Part shown: one piece after another, positions 34,277 through 43,309 of the stretch
How the letters are laid out: every line of letters begins with the position of its first letter
Numbering within the stretch: position 1 is the first letter of the stretch
Source of the DNA: a virus
Lineage: Duplodnaviria; Caudoviricetes
DNA: 64,000 bases
Virus record (IMG/VR): IMGVR_UViG_3300017700_000449
Coordinates: 6,470-70,469 of that record
Strand: one strand, 5' to 3'
Notes under the pieces: model-generated
Seen by the model: only the letters and a program-made list of their open reading frames with translations
Told to the model about the DNA's origin: nothing
Database searches by the model: none
Translations under genes and position numbers: made by a program

Positions 34277-36163
34277 ATGCCAACCATCGAGAAACAGGCC
34301 ACCGCGACTATGGTCCCGCTCGGGAAGCTGCAGCCGGCGCGAGGCACGAAGTACGACGTTCGCAAGGGCGGCAACGGCGACATCAGCGAACTGAAGGCGT
34401 CCATTAAGTCGATGGGCTTGCTGATTCCGCTCGCGGTCAAGACCGAAGGCGAGAAGCTGATCGTCGTGGCCGGCAACCGCCGCCTCGCCGCGCTGCAGGA
34501 AATATACAAGGACAAACCGAACACGCTGATCCAGACGGTTTCGGCCGACGAGTTCAGCGGCGACACTCGCGTGCTGGCTATGGCAACGAACATCGTTCTT
34601 CCGCCGCACCCGATCGAGCGCTACGAGGTGATCTCCGCGCTGGTGAAGGAGGGCATGACCCCGGCCGAGGCGCAGGAGCGGTTCGCCCTGTCCGACAAAG
34701 TCTTTCGCCAGACGATGCGCCTGGGCCAGCTCGCGCCGGCGATCATCGAGGCGTATCGCTCCGGCGAGATCGACGGCGAGACCGCCCGCGCGTTCGCGCT
34801 GACCGAGGACGTCAAGGCGCAGGCTAAGCTCTACACTCTGCTCAAGCGCAACGCTCACAACGGTCGCATCGCCGCCTACACCGTCCACCAAAAGCTGGCG
34901 GGCAGCCACGAGACCGGAAAGCTGGTCGCGTTCGTCGGCGTCGAGACCGTCGCGGCCGCGGGCATCCTCAAGAGCGAGGATCTGTTCGGCACGCGCCACG
35001 ACGTCACCGACCAGGCCAAGCTGAAGAAGATGGCCGAGGACAAAATGAACGGGCTGATCGGCGCCCTCACGACAGCCGACACCGCGACGGGCGGATGGGG
35101 CTGGGCCGCGGCCGAGGAAGACCTCGGCAACGACCGCTATTATTACGGGCGCGAGGAGCCGGCCAGCAAAGGCAAGCCCACCGCGGACGAAAAGGACGAG
35201 ATCGCCAAGATCGCCGCCGCTCTGAGCAACGCTCCGGAGGACGAGGACGACTGGTCGGCGGAGCAGCACGAGATGCACCGGCGCCACGGCTACCTCGAAA
35301 CTCTGATCAGGAACCGGGGGTTCACCGCCGAGCAGAAGGCGCGGTCGGGCTGCATCCTGTCGATCGACCACGACGGAAACCTGAAGATCGAGTACGGGCG
35401 CACGAAGCCCAAGCCGTCGAACACGTCGACGACGTCGAAGTCCGACGCTCCCGCGAAGAAAGACGTCGCGAAGAAGCCGGGCGAGGTCGCGGTGATCAGC
35501 AACAGGCTCGCCGAGCGCATGTCCACCGGACTGCAGGAAGCCGTCGCCGGTATGCTTCAGCACGACCCTCGCCTAGCCGTCGCCGCTCTGGTCGCCGCCT
35601 TCGCGAGCGGCGGAAAGGTTCTGAACGTCAGGGTCGGCAACGGATCTGCCGGAACGGACAAGGACTTCATCTCCGTGTTCGAGGGCACGAGCAAAGCGAC
35701 GATGAACGAGCTGGCGTCCATGCTGATGAAGGTCGCCACGTCGGCGGTCAACATCGTCACCTTCAACGCCGAGAAGGTGCCGCTGCGCGACGAACCTGCG
35801 CTCGCTGCTCTGCTGGCTGCCATGAAGCCTGCCCTCGTGAACGCCGAGATCCGGCGAACCTTCGAGTACGAGGATTACTTCAACTCGATCAGCGTGGCCG
35901 GAATCGCCGACGCAGTCAGGACCGCGCAGGGCGACGCTCCAGGCGACAGCACGGCGAAGATGGCGAAGAAGAACGCGGTGCAGTTTGCGCTTCAGACTGT
36001 GCCCGGCACCGGGTGGCTTCCGAAAGAGCTGCGATCGGTTCACTACGACGGGCCGGTCGAGGCGGTGCCAGCGAAGAAAGCGAAGCCGGCGAAGGCTCCC
36101 GCGAAGAAGGCGGCGCCGGCGAAGAAGGTCGCCAAGAAGGCGGCGAAGAAAAAGGCCAAGTAG
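34277..36163 (+). CDS. parB: ParB/RepB/Spo0J-family protein (long form) with histone H1-like tail
   Basis: VRK..ISELKASIKSMGLLIPL, VVAGNRRLAAL; PAKKA repeats at the C-terminus. Confidence 0.85.
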   Translation: MPTIEKQATATMVPLGKLQPARGTKYDVRKGGNGDISELKASIKSMGLLIPLAVKTEGEKLIVVAGNRRLAALQEIYKDKPNTLIQTVSADEFSGDTRVLAMATNIVLPPHPIERYEVISALVKEGMTPAEAQERFALSDKVFRQTMRLGQLAPAIIEAYRSGEIDGETARAFALTEDVKAQAKLYTLLKRNAHNGRIAAYTVHQKLAGSHETGKLVAFVGVETVAAAGILKSEDLFGTRHDVTDQAKLKKMAEDKMNGLIGALTTADTATGGWGWAAAEEDLGNDRYYYGREEPASKGKPTADEKDEIAKIAAALSNAPEDEDDWSAEQHEMHRRHGYLETLIRNRGFTAEQKARSGCILSIDHDGNLKIEYGRTKPKPSNTSTTSKSDAPAKKDVAKKPGEVAVISNRLAERMSTGLQEAVAGMLQHDPRLAVAALVAAFASGGKVLNVRVGNGSAGTDKDFISVFEGTSKATMNELASMLMKVATSAVNIVTFNAEKVPLRDEPALAALLAAMKPALVNAEIRRTFEYEDYFNSISVAGIADAVRTAQGDAPGDSTAKMAKKNAVQFALQTVPGTGWLPKELRSVHYDGPVEAVPAKKAKPAKAPAKKAAPAKKVAKKAAKKKAK

Positions 36164-36226
36164 ACATCGTCGGGGCGGCGTGGCATGCGTCGCCCCGGTC
36201 CCATCACTCACTGACGGAGGAACGTC

Positions 36227-36856
36227 GTGGTTTTCAAATCTCCCCTCGCATGGCCGCAAGGCTACCCGAAGACGACGTCGCGCAAGCTGGCGCAGTTCGG
36301 CGCCAAGCGAGACAGCGGAATGGGTTTCCGCAGCCTGAACATCCAGGAGGCCACCAAGCGCCTGCGCGAGGAGATCGCGCGCCACGGCGTGCGCGATTTC
36401 GAGGAAGACATCGTCGTCTCAACGAACCTGAAGGTCGGCGTCAGCGGCCTGCCGCGCAGCGACCAGGGCGAACCGGGCGACCCCGGCGTGTCCGTCTATT
36501 GGGAGACGCGGGACGGCAAGAAGCGCAACATGGCGATCGACATCTACACCCGCGTCGCCGACAACATCGCCGCCGTTGCGGCCACCCTGGAGGCCATGCG
36601 CGCGATCGAGCGTCACGGCGGCAAGGTGATCCAGGACAAGGCCTTCGCCGGGTTCGACGCGCTGCCGGCGCCGGACACCTGCTGGGAGATTCTGAACATG
36701 AATCTTCTTCCTGAGCATCAGCGCACGAAAGAAGTCGTTGTGAAACACTTCAAGGAGCGGGCAGCGCAGACGCTCGACCACCGCGGGATGCCGATCGACA
36801 TGGGCGCGCTCGTCAAGGCGCGCGACGAAGCTCTCGCCAAGATCCGCGGCGAGTAG
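36227..36856 (+). CDS. phage 'J-domain-associated' protein with degenerate J-like C-terminus
   Basis: PLAWPQGYP..DPGVSVYW..MAIDIY..NIAAVAATLEAMRAIERHG..AFAGF.ALP, CWEIL; no HPD. Confidence 0.7.
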   Translation: MVFKSPLAWPQGYPKTTSRKLAQFGAKRDSGMGFRSLNIQEATKRLREEIARHGVRDFEEDIVVSTNLKVGVSGLPRSDQGEPGDPGVSVYWETRDGKKRNMAIDIYTRVADNIAAVAATLEAMRAIERHGGKVIQDKAFAGFDALPAPDTCWEILNMNLLPEHQRTKEVVVKHFKERAAQTLDHRGMPIDMGALVKARDEALAKIRGE

Positions 36857-36912
36857 GGACCGGGCGCGCGCGGCGGATCACGTTCCTCCGTCTCTGCCGC
36901 GCGCCAACCCGA

Positions 36913-36944
36913 GAGGGGTCGGGACGGGAGAAACCCGACCCCTC
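36913..36944. other. strong intergenic hairpin
   Basis: 11-bp stem GAGGGGTCGGG/CCCGACCCCTC. Confidence 0.55.
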
Positions 36945-36973
36945 GACAATTTCCGTTCACAAAGGAGCGACAG

Positions 36974-37399
36974 ATGCCGAGCTACCACGACCTGCACGTC
37001 ACCACCGCGAAGATCCCCCGGACGTCGATCTTCAGCCTTCCCTTCAGCTACGACGTCCGCTGCTGCAGGACCGCCGGCTGGCAGCTCTGGCAGCTGCACG
37101 GCGCCGGCAACGAGGAGCTGCTCGCCGGCGAGTACGACAACGGCGGGCTGCGCCTGGACGTCGGCGGCGCGATCATCTGCGACAGCCTGGACCCTTTCAT
37201 GGAGCGGTCCTCCTTCCCCTTCCTCAGCATCGCCCGGCGCCGAAGCATCCCGTACGGCGAGGTCGTGCGTTTCGTGCAGGGCCTCGACATCTGCCCATCG
37301 ATGTCGGTCGACATCACCTTGCTAGACTGGCAGCAAGAGGCGGTCGCCGCATGGTCTGCCGAACGTCGCCGGCGGGTTGCCGTGGAGCAAGGGATCTGA
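36974..37399 (+). CDS. hypothetical protein (141 aa)
   Basis: AAAGGAG SD. Confidence 0.6.
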   Translation: MPSYHDLHVTTAKIPRTSIFSLPFSYDVRCCRTAGWQLWQLHGAGNEELLAGEYDNGGLRLDVGGAIICDSLDPFMERSSFPFLSIARRRSIPYGEVVRFVQGLDICPSMSVDITLLDWQQEAVAAWSAERRRRVAVEQGI

Positions 37400-37638
37400 T
37401 GCCGGCCGGCCACGTAAACAAAAAGACCGTCAACCTTCGCCCGCTGACGACGAACATGAAGCTCGTCTTGGCCGACCTGATGCGTGAAGGTGCGATGCAT
37501 CAGAGTCGCGCCAGCCAGTCCGACAAGAACGTGCTTCGCGCGCTGATCGATCGCGGCTACGCGGATTGGTCGATCGAGACGGCGTGCTACACGTCTACCG
37601 AAGCTGGCGAGGATGCCCTCATGGAGTCGAGAGCATGA
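37399..37638 (+). CDS. hypothetical protein (wHTH-like)
   Basis: TGATG coupling; LRALIDRGYA. Confidence 0.55.
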   Translation: MPAGHVNKKTVNLRPLTTNMKLVLADLMREGAMHQSRASQSDKNVLRALIDRGYADWSIETACYTSTEAGEDALMESRA

Positions 37639-37877
37639 CGATCAAAAAAGACGGGAATTTCCACGTCATCTATTGCGACGAGTGCCCCGAGGACATCGAG
37701 ACACAGCAGGCCAATTTCGACGCTGCCCGCAACATGGCCGCCAAGGCCGGCTGGCGGTCGTTCATGGGGCCTGACGATAAATTGGCGAACGCCTGTCCGG
37801 CGTGCGTCGAGACCTACCGCCACAGGCAGGCGGCTACTCGCAATGACCGCGACACTGAGGCGGGAGGTCGCGCATGA
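37635..37877 (+). CDS. small zinc-finger protein
   Basis: CDEC..GW..CPAC. Confidence 0.65.
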   Translation: MTIKKDGNFHVIYCDECPEDIETQQANFDAARNMAAKAGWRSFMGPDDKLANACPACVETYRHRQAATRNDRDTEAGGRA

Positions 37878-38071
37878 GCTACGACGATCCTCTGCTCTAC
37901 GGTTGCCAAGGCTATGTCGATATGACGCCGAAGAAACCGGCAAAGCCGAAGAACATTATGATCTCGCTTGAGACGGCAAAGTTGGCACTGTCAGCCATTC
38001 GCGCCAGTCAAGAGCGCGATTACTACCACAATTTCGCAGAAGCCCAGAGAGAACTGGAGCGCAAGCTATGA
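37874..38071 (+). CDS. hypothetical protein (65 aa)
   Basis: ATGA overlaps; lower GC. Confidence 0.55.
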   Translation: MSYDDPLLYGCQGYVDMTPKKPAKPKNIMISLETAKLALSAIRASQERDYYHNFAEAQRELERKL

Positions 38072-38325
38072 AGTGCCCGCGATGTAAGAGGCTTGAAGTG
38101 GTCGCCCCGCGCCTGATGACTGACGACGACGGCAAAGACCATATCGCCCGATGGTGCCCGGACTTTGATGGCTGCGGCTTTGATCAGAGCCGACCGGCAC
38201 AGCAATCCGATTATAATTCCGGTCCGGCAGTGTGGGAGATTCCACACGAGCACGATGCGGAACTGCAAGCCGCGCTCAAACTGGTGCGATCGAAGGGGTA
38301 CGCGCTCCCGGGAGACAAGGCATGA
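38068..38325 (+). CDS. hypothetical CxxC protein (85 aa)
   Basis: MKCPRC..WCPDFDGC; ATGA overlaps. Confidence 0.55.
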   Translation: MKCPRCKRLEVVAPRLMTDDDGKDHIARWCPDFDGCGFDQSRPAQQSDYNSGPAVWEIPHEHDAELQAALKLVRSKGYALPGDKA

Positions 38326-38522
38326 CAGAGATTAAGAAGGGCGACCGCATCTCAACCAAGTTCGGCGAAGGCGTCGTGACCGACGACTATTGGGCCTACA
38401 AAGATCGGTACAGCGTCAAGCTAGACAACGGGAGCGAGTTTGATCTCGGCGCGAGCGCGATGCGTCCTCTTGAGGGCACCGCGCTTACGGTCAATGCGCG
38501 CGCAACCACGGAGACTGAGTGA
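38322..38522 (+). CDS. small SH3/KOW-like protein
   Basis: IKKGDRISTKFGEGVV..YSVKLDNG. Confidence 0.55.
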   Translation: MTEIKKGDRISTKFGEGVVTDDYWAYKDRYSVKLDNGSEFDLGASAMRPLEGTALTVNARATTETE

Positions 38523-38770
38523 TGCCGGCGCCGATCCGCATGACAAAAGAACAGATGGCGGAAGGTTTCGCACGAGGCCGGACGCTGACCCAAGAGGAGT
38601 GGGCCAACCCCGCGGAAATCCAGTGGATTGACGAACTGATAGCCGAAGGCCGCGCGCGGGCTGAGCCTTGGGCCTATCACCCGAACTTTCAATGCGAGAA
38701 GCGGAAAGTCACGGGTATCGCGTTGTTTGGGGACAACGAAACCACCACCGGCCAACCGGCCAAAACCTGA
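38519..38770 (+). CDS. hypothetical protein (83 aa)
   Basis: GTGA overlap. Confidence 0.55.
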   Translation: MMPAPIRMTKEQMAEGFARGRTLTQEEWANPAEIQWIDELIAEGRARAEPWAYHPNFQCEKRKVTGIALFGDNETTTGQPAKT

Positions 38771-38780
38771 AGGAAGAACC

Positions 38781-39068
38781 ATGAAGACGCTACGAACCAT
38801 CATGCTCGGCGCCGTCGCCGCAGCCTCCCTGCTCGCTGCCCCGGCGATCGCGCAGACCATCGGGCCCGAGAAGTACACGCTGACCCTGACGCCGCTGGAA
38901 GCCAACGCCGTCGGCGTGGCCCTGATGCGCCAACCCTACGGCGAGGTCGCCGACCTGATGAACAAGCTGAACGACCAGATCAAGAAGCAGAACGAAGCGG
39001 CCGGCGCACCTGCGACCCCGGCGGTGCCGACGCCGGCGCCTCGACCGCCCGACGCTCCGAAGAAGTGA
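38781..39068 (+). CDS. small exported protein with signal peptide
   Basis: MKTLRTIMLGAVAAASLLAAPAIA-QTI; AAGGA SD. Confidence 0.65.
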   Translation: MKTLRTIMLGAVAAASLLAAPAIAQTIGPEKYTLTLTPLEANAVGVALMRQPYGEVADLMNKLNDQIKKQNEAAGAPATPAVPTPAPRPPDAPKK

Positions 39069-39085
39069 TCTTGTTGCTCTGAACG

Positions 39086-39112
39086 AAACCGCCCTTAACC
39101 GGGCGGTTTTTT
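39086..39112. terminator. bidirectional intrinsic terminator between the convergent early and late arms
   Basis: AAACCGCCC-TTAACC-GGGCGGTTTTTT. Confidence 0.85.
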
Positions 39113-39606
39113 CATGTCGCGATCGGCGCCTGCATCATGAACGCGAGGACCAGGCCGGCGAAGACGAGGATCGCGACCGAGATCCCGATGCTGATCCACC
39201 GGCGGGGCGGGACCCTGTCGTTCAGACCGCCCGGCGCGGCGAGGTGCAGCACCGCGGCGATGACGCTGGTGAACAGCGCGTAGCTGACGATGTCGGACTC
39301 GAGAAGCCACTCGGGCTTTCCCATGATGCGCCAGATCATCGACCAGGTCCTGATGATGACGATCGAGAACCCGCCGCAGAAGATCCCGAGCGCGAGGATG
39401 TCGGCGCGGTCGAGCGGCCTGTCGTCCATGAGGATGATGATCACCGGGGGAAGGTAGGCGACGCACACGCCGACCCACAGCGCGACCAGCGCGAAGTTCA
39501 GGACCACGATCAGATCGGTGGCGTTGGTCAGTAGCGCGACCGATGCAAACACCACGTTCGGAACCACGAAAAGCCAGACGAACCGCGTCTTCAGCAAGTA
39601 GGACAT
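39112..39606 (-). CDS. multi-TM membrane protein at the end of the lysis cluster
   Basis: 4-5 hydrophobic helices. Confidence 0.7.
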   Translation of the reverse strand: MSYLLKTRFVWLFVVPNVVFASVALLTNATDLIVVLNFALVALWVGVCVAYLPPVIIILMDDRPLDRADILALGIFCGGFSIVIIRTWSMIWRIMGKPEWLLESDIVSYALFTSVIAAVLHLAAPGGLNDRVPPRRWISIGISVAILVFAGLVLAFMMQAPIAT

Positions 39607-39609
39607 CGC

Positions 39610-39807
39610 TCAGGTTCGCTCCAGAAGCTGGTCGTAGGTTTTGCGAAGGCTGGCCGTCTGCTGGCTGATCATGCCGGCGAGGATGTTGCTGTCGCGGCGC
39701 GCGTCGCTGGCGACCTTCTCAACGGCCAGAACCCGACGCTCTCGGATCTCTGCCTCTTTGACGGGGAGGAGGACCATCCTCCGGAGGAACTTCACAAGCG
39801 GGTGCAT
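39610..39807 (-). CDS. hypothetical protein (65 aa)
   Basis: TGATG-coupled to the upstream gene. Confidence 0.55.
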   Translation of the reverse strand: MHPLVKFLRRMVLLPVKEAEIRERRVLAVEKVASDARRDSNILAGMISQQTASLRKTYDQLLERT

Positions 39808-40079
39808 CAAGCATTTTCCCCGTCCTTGAGGTACTTCTGCAGCCGGAGGTTCACCGCCGCCAGTTGGGCGTCCGCCGCGACCGCGATCCCATGCACCTGC
39901 TTCAGCGAGTCCGCGCAGGCTCGGGCCGTCTGGCCGTTGGCGATACCCTCCTCGACCCGCTTCTCTTGGATCGCATCGTTGCGCAACAAAAGCCATCGGA
40001 TCGCGTACCCCTGGATCACCACCAAGGCCCAAGGGCCGTACTTCGCCAAAACTTCCGCGAGGCCAGCGACTTCGTTCAT
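39807..40079 (-). CDS. putative holin-like single-TM protein
   Basis: N-terminal hydrophobic YGPWALVVIQGYAIRWLL followed by coiled coil. Confidence 0.5.
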   Translation of the reverse strand: MNEVAGLAEVLAKYGPWALVVIQGYAIRWLLLRNDAIQEKRVEEGIANGQTARACADSLKQVHGIAVAADAQLAAVNLRLQKYLKDGENA

Positions 40080-40097
40080 AGCCGGCCTCGCCCCGGT

Positions 40098-40421
40098 TCA
40101 CGTCTTGCTTGCTGCGTCGTCTTCCGCGAGAGCTGCTGCGGCGGCGTCGTCGAAGTCCTGGTCGAGGATCTTCTCGGCTTCCTCGAGCTTGTCGAGCTGA
40201 TCCATCAGCGTCGACGGATCAGACTTCAGCGCGACGATCACGTTCTGAACGATCGGCTTCAAGTCCTTGTACTCCTTGGCCACGATCGGCGCGGCTTCCG
40301 CGACGAAAGCGACCGCCTTCGTGATGAAGGTCGCCTTGCTGTCGCCGATCAGCTTGGAGAGCGACGGGAGCGCGGCCTGCAGCAGGCTGACGCCCAAAGG
40401 GATGATCTGTTCCAAGTTCAC
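40098..40421 (-). CDS. hypothetical amphipathic protein (lysis cluster)
   Basis: GTGA overlap. Confidence 0.6.
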   Translation of the reverse strand: MNLEQIIPLGVSLLQAALPSLSKLIGDSKATFITKAVAFVAEAAPIVAKEYKDLKPIVQNVIVALKSDPSTLMDQLDKLEEAEKILDQDFDDAAAAALAEDDAASKT

Positions 40422-40864
40422 GGCTTCGCTCCGGTTGTTGCCGCGCTCGCCGCGGTGTACGTCGCGATCATGCCCCGGATCGAGTCGATCGACTGCACGA
40501 GGGCGTTGTAGAGCCCCGCCTTGCCGAGCTTGCCGGGGTTGTCGCGAAGGAACTGCTGGAGGTCGTCGCGGGCCTGACGCCCCGTCTTGATCGAGGCGAT
40601 CAAGGTCTTCGTGTAGTCAGGGTCGCGGCACAGCGGACCGTTCTCGCCGGTGCAGCGCTTCAGCCGCAGATAGTTCGTCGCCGTGACCTGGACGGCGTCG
40701 AACGCGTTGCTGGCGATCAGGACGGCCTCGGGTGACACCGTGAGGTCCTGGACCGCGGCGTTCGCCGTGCTGACGAACTGAGCCGTCTCGACCAGCTTCG
40801 CGCAACCGCCTAGAGCGAGCGCGACGCCGAACACCGCGGCTGAAAATCGATAGTTGAACTTCAA
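40418..40864 (-). CDS. lipoprotein in lysis cluster (possible spanin-function component)
   Basis: Lipobox LALGG-C after hydrophobic signal. Confidence 0.65.
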   Translation of the reverse strand: MKFNYRFSAAVFGVALALGGCAKLVETAQFVSTANAAVQDLTVSPEAVLIASNAFDAVQVTATNYLRLKRCTGENGPLCRDPDYTKTLIASIKTGRQARDDLQQFLRDNPGKLGKAGLYNALVQSIDSIRGMIATYTAASAATTGAKP

Positions 40865-40865
40865 G

Positions 40866-41264
40866 CTAACCTCCTGCTTTGACGACCTGGTCGCTGGTGG
40901 TCTTGTCCACCAGGGACTGGTCCGTGACGTGGATGGGGTCGACGACCTCGGGGAGAGACGCTGCCGCGTCGAGCAGCGCCGCTTTCGCGTCCTGGCTGCC
41001 GTTCGCTGCGTCTAACTTGACTGATGCGATCTGGTTCGTGGGGCTGGCCGCGTTCACGCCGCGGGCGGTGTTGTAGAGGGCAACGAGCCCAGCAGCGAGA
41101 ATGACGAGGGTGTTTGCCGTTTCGCCGAGCTGCGTGATCGCGCGCTGCGCTTGCGAGAGGTCGAAGCCCTTCGCCTGGAGACCGAAGATGGTGAAGGACG
41201 TGGCCACGATGACGCCCATGTAGCGGGTCGCGGTGTCCACCTGTTTCTTCGTCGGGAGCCACAT
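40866..41264 (-). CDS. putative holin (Pam3-gp28-like)
   Basis: Two hydrophobic helices; directly after the endolysin. Confidence 0.5.
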   Translation of the reverse strand: MWLPTKKQVDTATRYMGVIVATSFTIFGLQAKGFDLSQAQRAITQLGETANTLVILAAGLVALYNTARGVNAASPTNQIASVKLDAANGSQDAKAALLDAAASLPEVVDPIHVTDQSLVDKTTSDQVVKAGG

Positions 41265-41338
41265 GGGCCGGATCTCCGGTTGATGCTGATCGACCTAGCA
41301 CCAACCGGAACGGGAACGCACGAAAAAAGTGCGGTTCC

Positions 41339-42181
41339 TCACGCTTCGTTCGACGAGACCTTGCCCGTGCTGGTGATGATCGGCAGGTGCGACATCCCGA
41401 TCTTGTCGGGCATCGGCACCCCGGCCGGCCACCAATAGCCCTCGTTCAGCCGGGACACGGCGAACGGCGCGATCGTCACGGCGTCCGACTGGTTGCCGCC
41501 GACGCCCATCACGTTGCCGTGCTGATCCTTGCCGCCGACGATGGTGATGTGCCCGCCGCCGTCCCGAAGCATCGGCGCGAACGCGCCCACGGCGGGGCCA
41601 GCGAGGCGCACGGCGGGCCAGCGGTGCCCGAGACGCTTCTGCATGCGGTCGGCGTTGAAGTCGAGCGCCCACAGCGTCTCCGTACCCTCCAGACCGACCT
41701 TCGTGAGGACGTGGTTGGCGAACAGCGCGCACCAAGGGATCGAGTCGTGGGTGTAGGCCTTGGCGATGTCGCCGCCCTCGGCCTTCGCCCAATCGATGAT
41801 GACCGGGTTGTTCTTGGCGCCGGCGAACTCCTTCGTGCCGACCAGGGCGATGCCGGCCTCGAGCCAGAGAGGGCGCTGGATCTGTGCGGCCGGGATCTGG
41901 ATGCTGTCCGAGATGTCGATGATCGCGCCGGTCGACCCGGGCTTCACCTTCGACACCGCGACATCGATCGCCTTCGCCGTGTTGGTGCCGACCACGCCGT
42001 CGACCAGAAGGCCGGCCGCGCGTTGGAAAGAGCGGACGGCGGTGTTCGTGGCCGACATGAAGTTGCCGGTGCCGGTCAGTTTGTAGCCGATCGCCCGGAG
42101 TCCGAGCTGGATCTGTTGAACAACAGGGCCTGACGATCCCTGCCGATAAAGTTTTGCGCCGACTACGGATGCGATGCTCAT
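41339..42181 (-). CDS. endolysin: peptidoglycan-binding domain + NlpC/P60-CHAP-like (TIGR02594-type) domain
   Basis: AVRSFQRAAGLLVDGVVG; IPWCALF; GGHITIV; GGNQSD. Confidence 0.88.
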   Translation of the reverse strand: MSIASVVGAKLYRQGSSGPVVQQIQLGLRAIGYKLTGTGNFMSATNTAVRSFQRAAGLLVDGVVGTNTAKAIDVAVSKVKPGSTGAIIDISDSIQIPAAQIQRPLWLEAGIALVGTKEFAGAKNNPVIIDWAKAEGGDIAKAYTHDSIPWCALFANHVLTKVGLEGTETLWALDFNADRMQKRLGHRWPAVRLAGPAVGAFAPMLRDGGGHITIVGGKDQHGNVMGVGGNQSDAVTIAPFAVSRLNEGYWWPAGVPMPDKIGMSHLPIITSTGKVSSNEA

Positions 42182-42195
42182 GTTTTTCTCCGTTG

Positions 42196-43299
42196 TCAGG
42201 GCGCGAGGATGTCGGCGAGGATTGCGTCGACGTGGGTGGAGTGAATCGCGTGCATGGTCTTATCGGGATCAACGAAGATGCGGAGCGAGCCAAAGCCATC
42301 GCGCCCGGCTCGCAGTTTCAGCCAGCCTGCGAATCCGTTTACGGCAGCGCTCTTGAAGCAACAGGAATCGCCCCCGTTGTAGAGCAGCCGCGCGCGGCGG
42401 TTCGGCAGGCCTGCGGCATCGACGGTGCCCATCAAATACAGATCAGGATAGTCGATATTGAGCTGCTTGATGCCAGCGTATTGTTCCCAATCACCCTCAT
42501 TGACGACGCGACTCGCAAATGGAACAGATCCGGCAATCGCATAAGAGTGAGTGATGCGCGGGTCGATCGCCGCCATCACCGTGGTTGTCCATCCGCCGCC
42601 GGAAATGCCCGACATGATCACCTTGCTGTAGCTGCGCAGCGACAGCGCATAATCAATGCTGGCGCGGACCGGATCGAGGAAATAGCGCAGCGGGGTGCCG
42701 GTCGGCGGAGTGTGCAGCGGCAGTGTGCCGAGTAAATCATGCAGAGGGAGGCTGCTCGGTGTCGCGTAGCCGAGATAGGCGGCAAACTGCGCGTTCTCGC
42801 CGCTGAGCGGCATTGACGACAGGATCACATCGCAGCCGAGCGTGGTGACGATGCGACGAACGAAGGCTTTCGTCTCCGGCACCGGCGCGTTGGTCGGATC
42901 GGGGACCGCCGGCGCAAAGTATCCCTCGCCATGACCGCCGTTGTGAATGTAAAGGCACGTCGAACCGGCAAAGGTCGAGAAGTGCGTGCGCGCCACGACG
43001 CCGACGCTATCCGGGCCACCAAAGCGGAAATACCAGCCCAGCCAATGCGTGGAGGCGGGTGCCTGGCCGTAGAACGCGACGGCGTTTCCGCCATAGAGAT
43101 TACCGTCGAAGGTCGCCATCTCAAGAGGTCCAGCGCTGCCCGAGATGGTGGAGATCATCGCGAGCCGTACGGCCGGGACCGCCGACGGGCCGGTCAATCG
43201 AGTCTCACCGAGTGGAGCGCTTCGATTTAGCGCAGATTGCGCTTGCGCCCCCATCGAGATCATCGACAGGAGCGCAACAAATACCAGCTTCTTCAGCAT
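42196..43299 (-). CDS. signal-peptide alpha/beta hydrolase (esterase-like)
   Basis: MLKKLVFVALLSMISMGAQA-Q; nucleophile elbow GISGGG; candidate Asp (GGDSCC) and His (MHAI). Confidence 0.7.
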   Translation of the reverse strand: MLKKLVFVALLSMISMGAQAQSALNRSAPLGETRLTGPSAVPAVRLAMISTISGSAGPLEMATFDGNLYGGNAVAFYGQAPASTHWLGWYFRFGGPDSVGVVARTHFSTFAGSTCLYIHNGGHGEGYFAPAVPDPTNAPVPETKAFVRRIVTTLGCDVILSSMPLSGENAQFAAYLGYATPSSLPLHDLLGTLPLHTPPTGTPLRYFLDPVRASIDYALSLRSYSKVIMSGISGGGWTTTVMAAIDPRITHSYAIAGSVPFASRVVNEGDWEQYAGIKQLNIDYPDLYLMGTVDAAGLPNRRARLLYNGGDSCCFKSAAVNGFAGWLKLRAGRDGFGSLRIFVDPDKTMHAIHSTHVDAILADILAP

Positions 43300-43309
43300 A
43301 CGATTTCCT

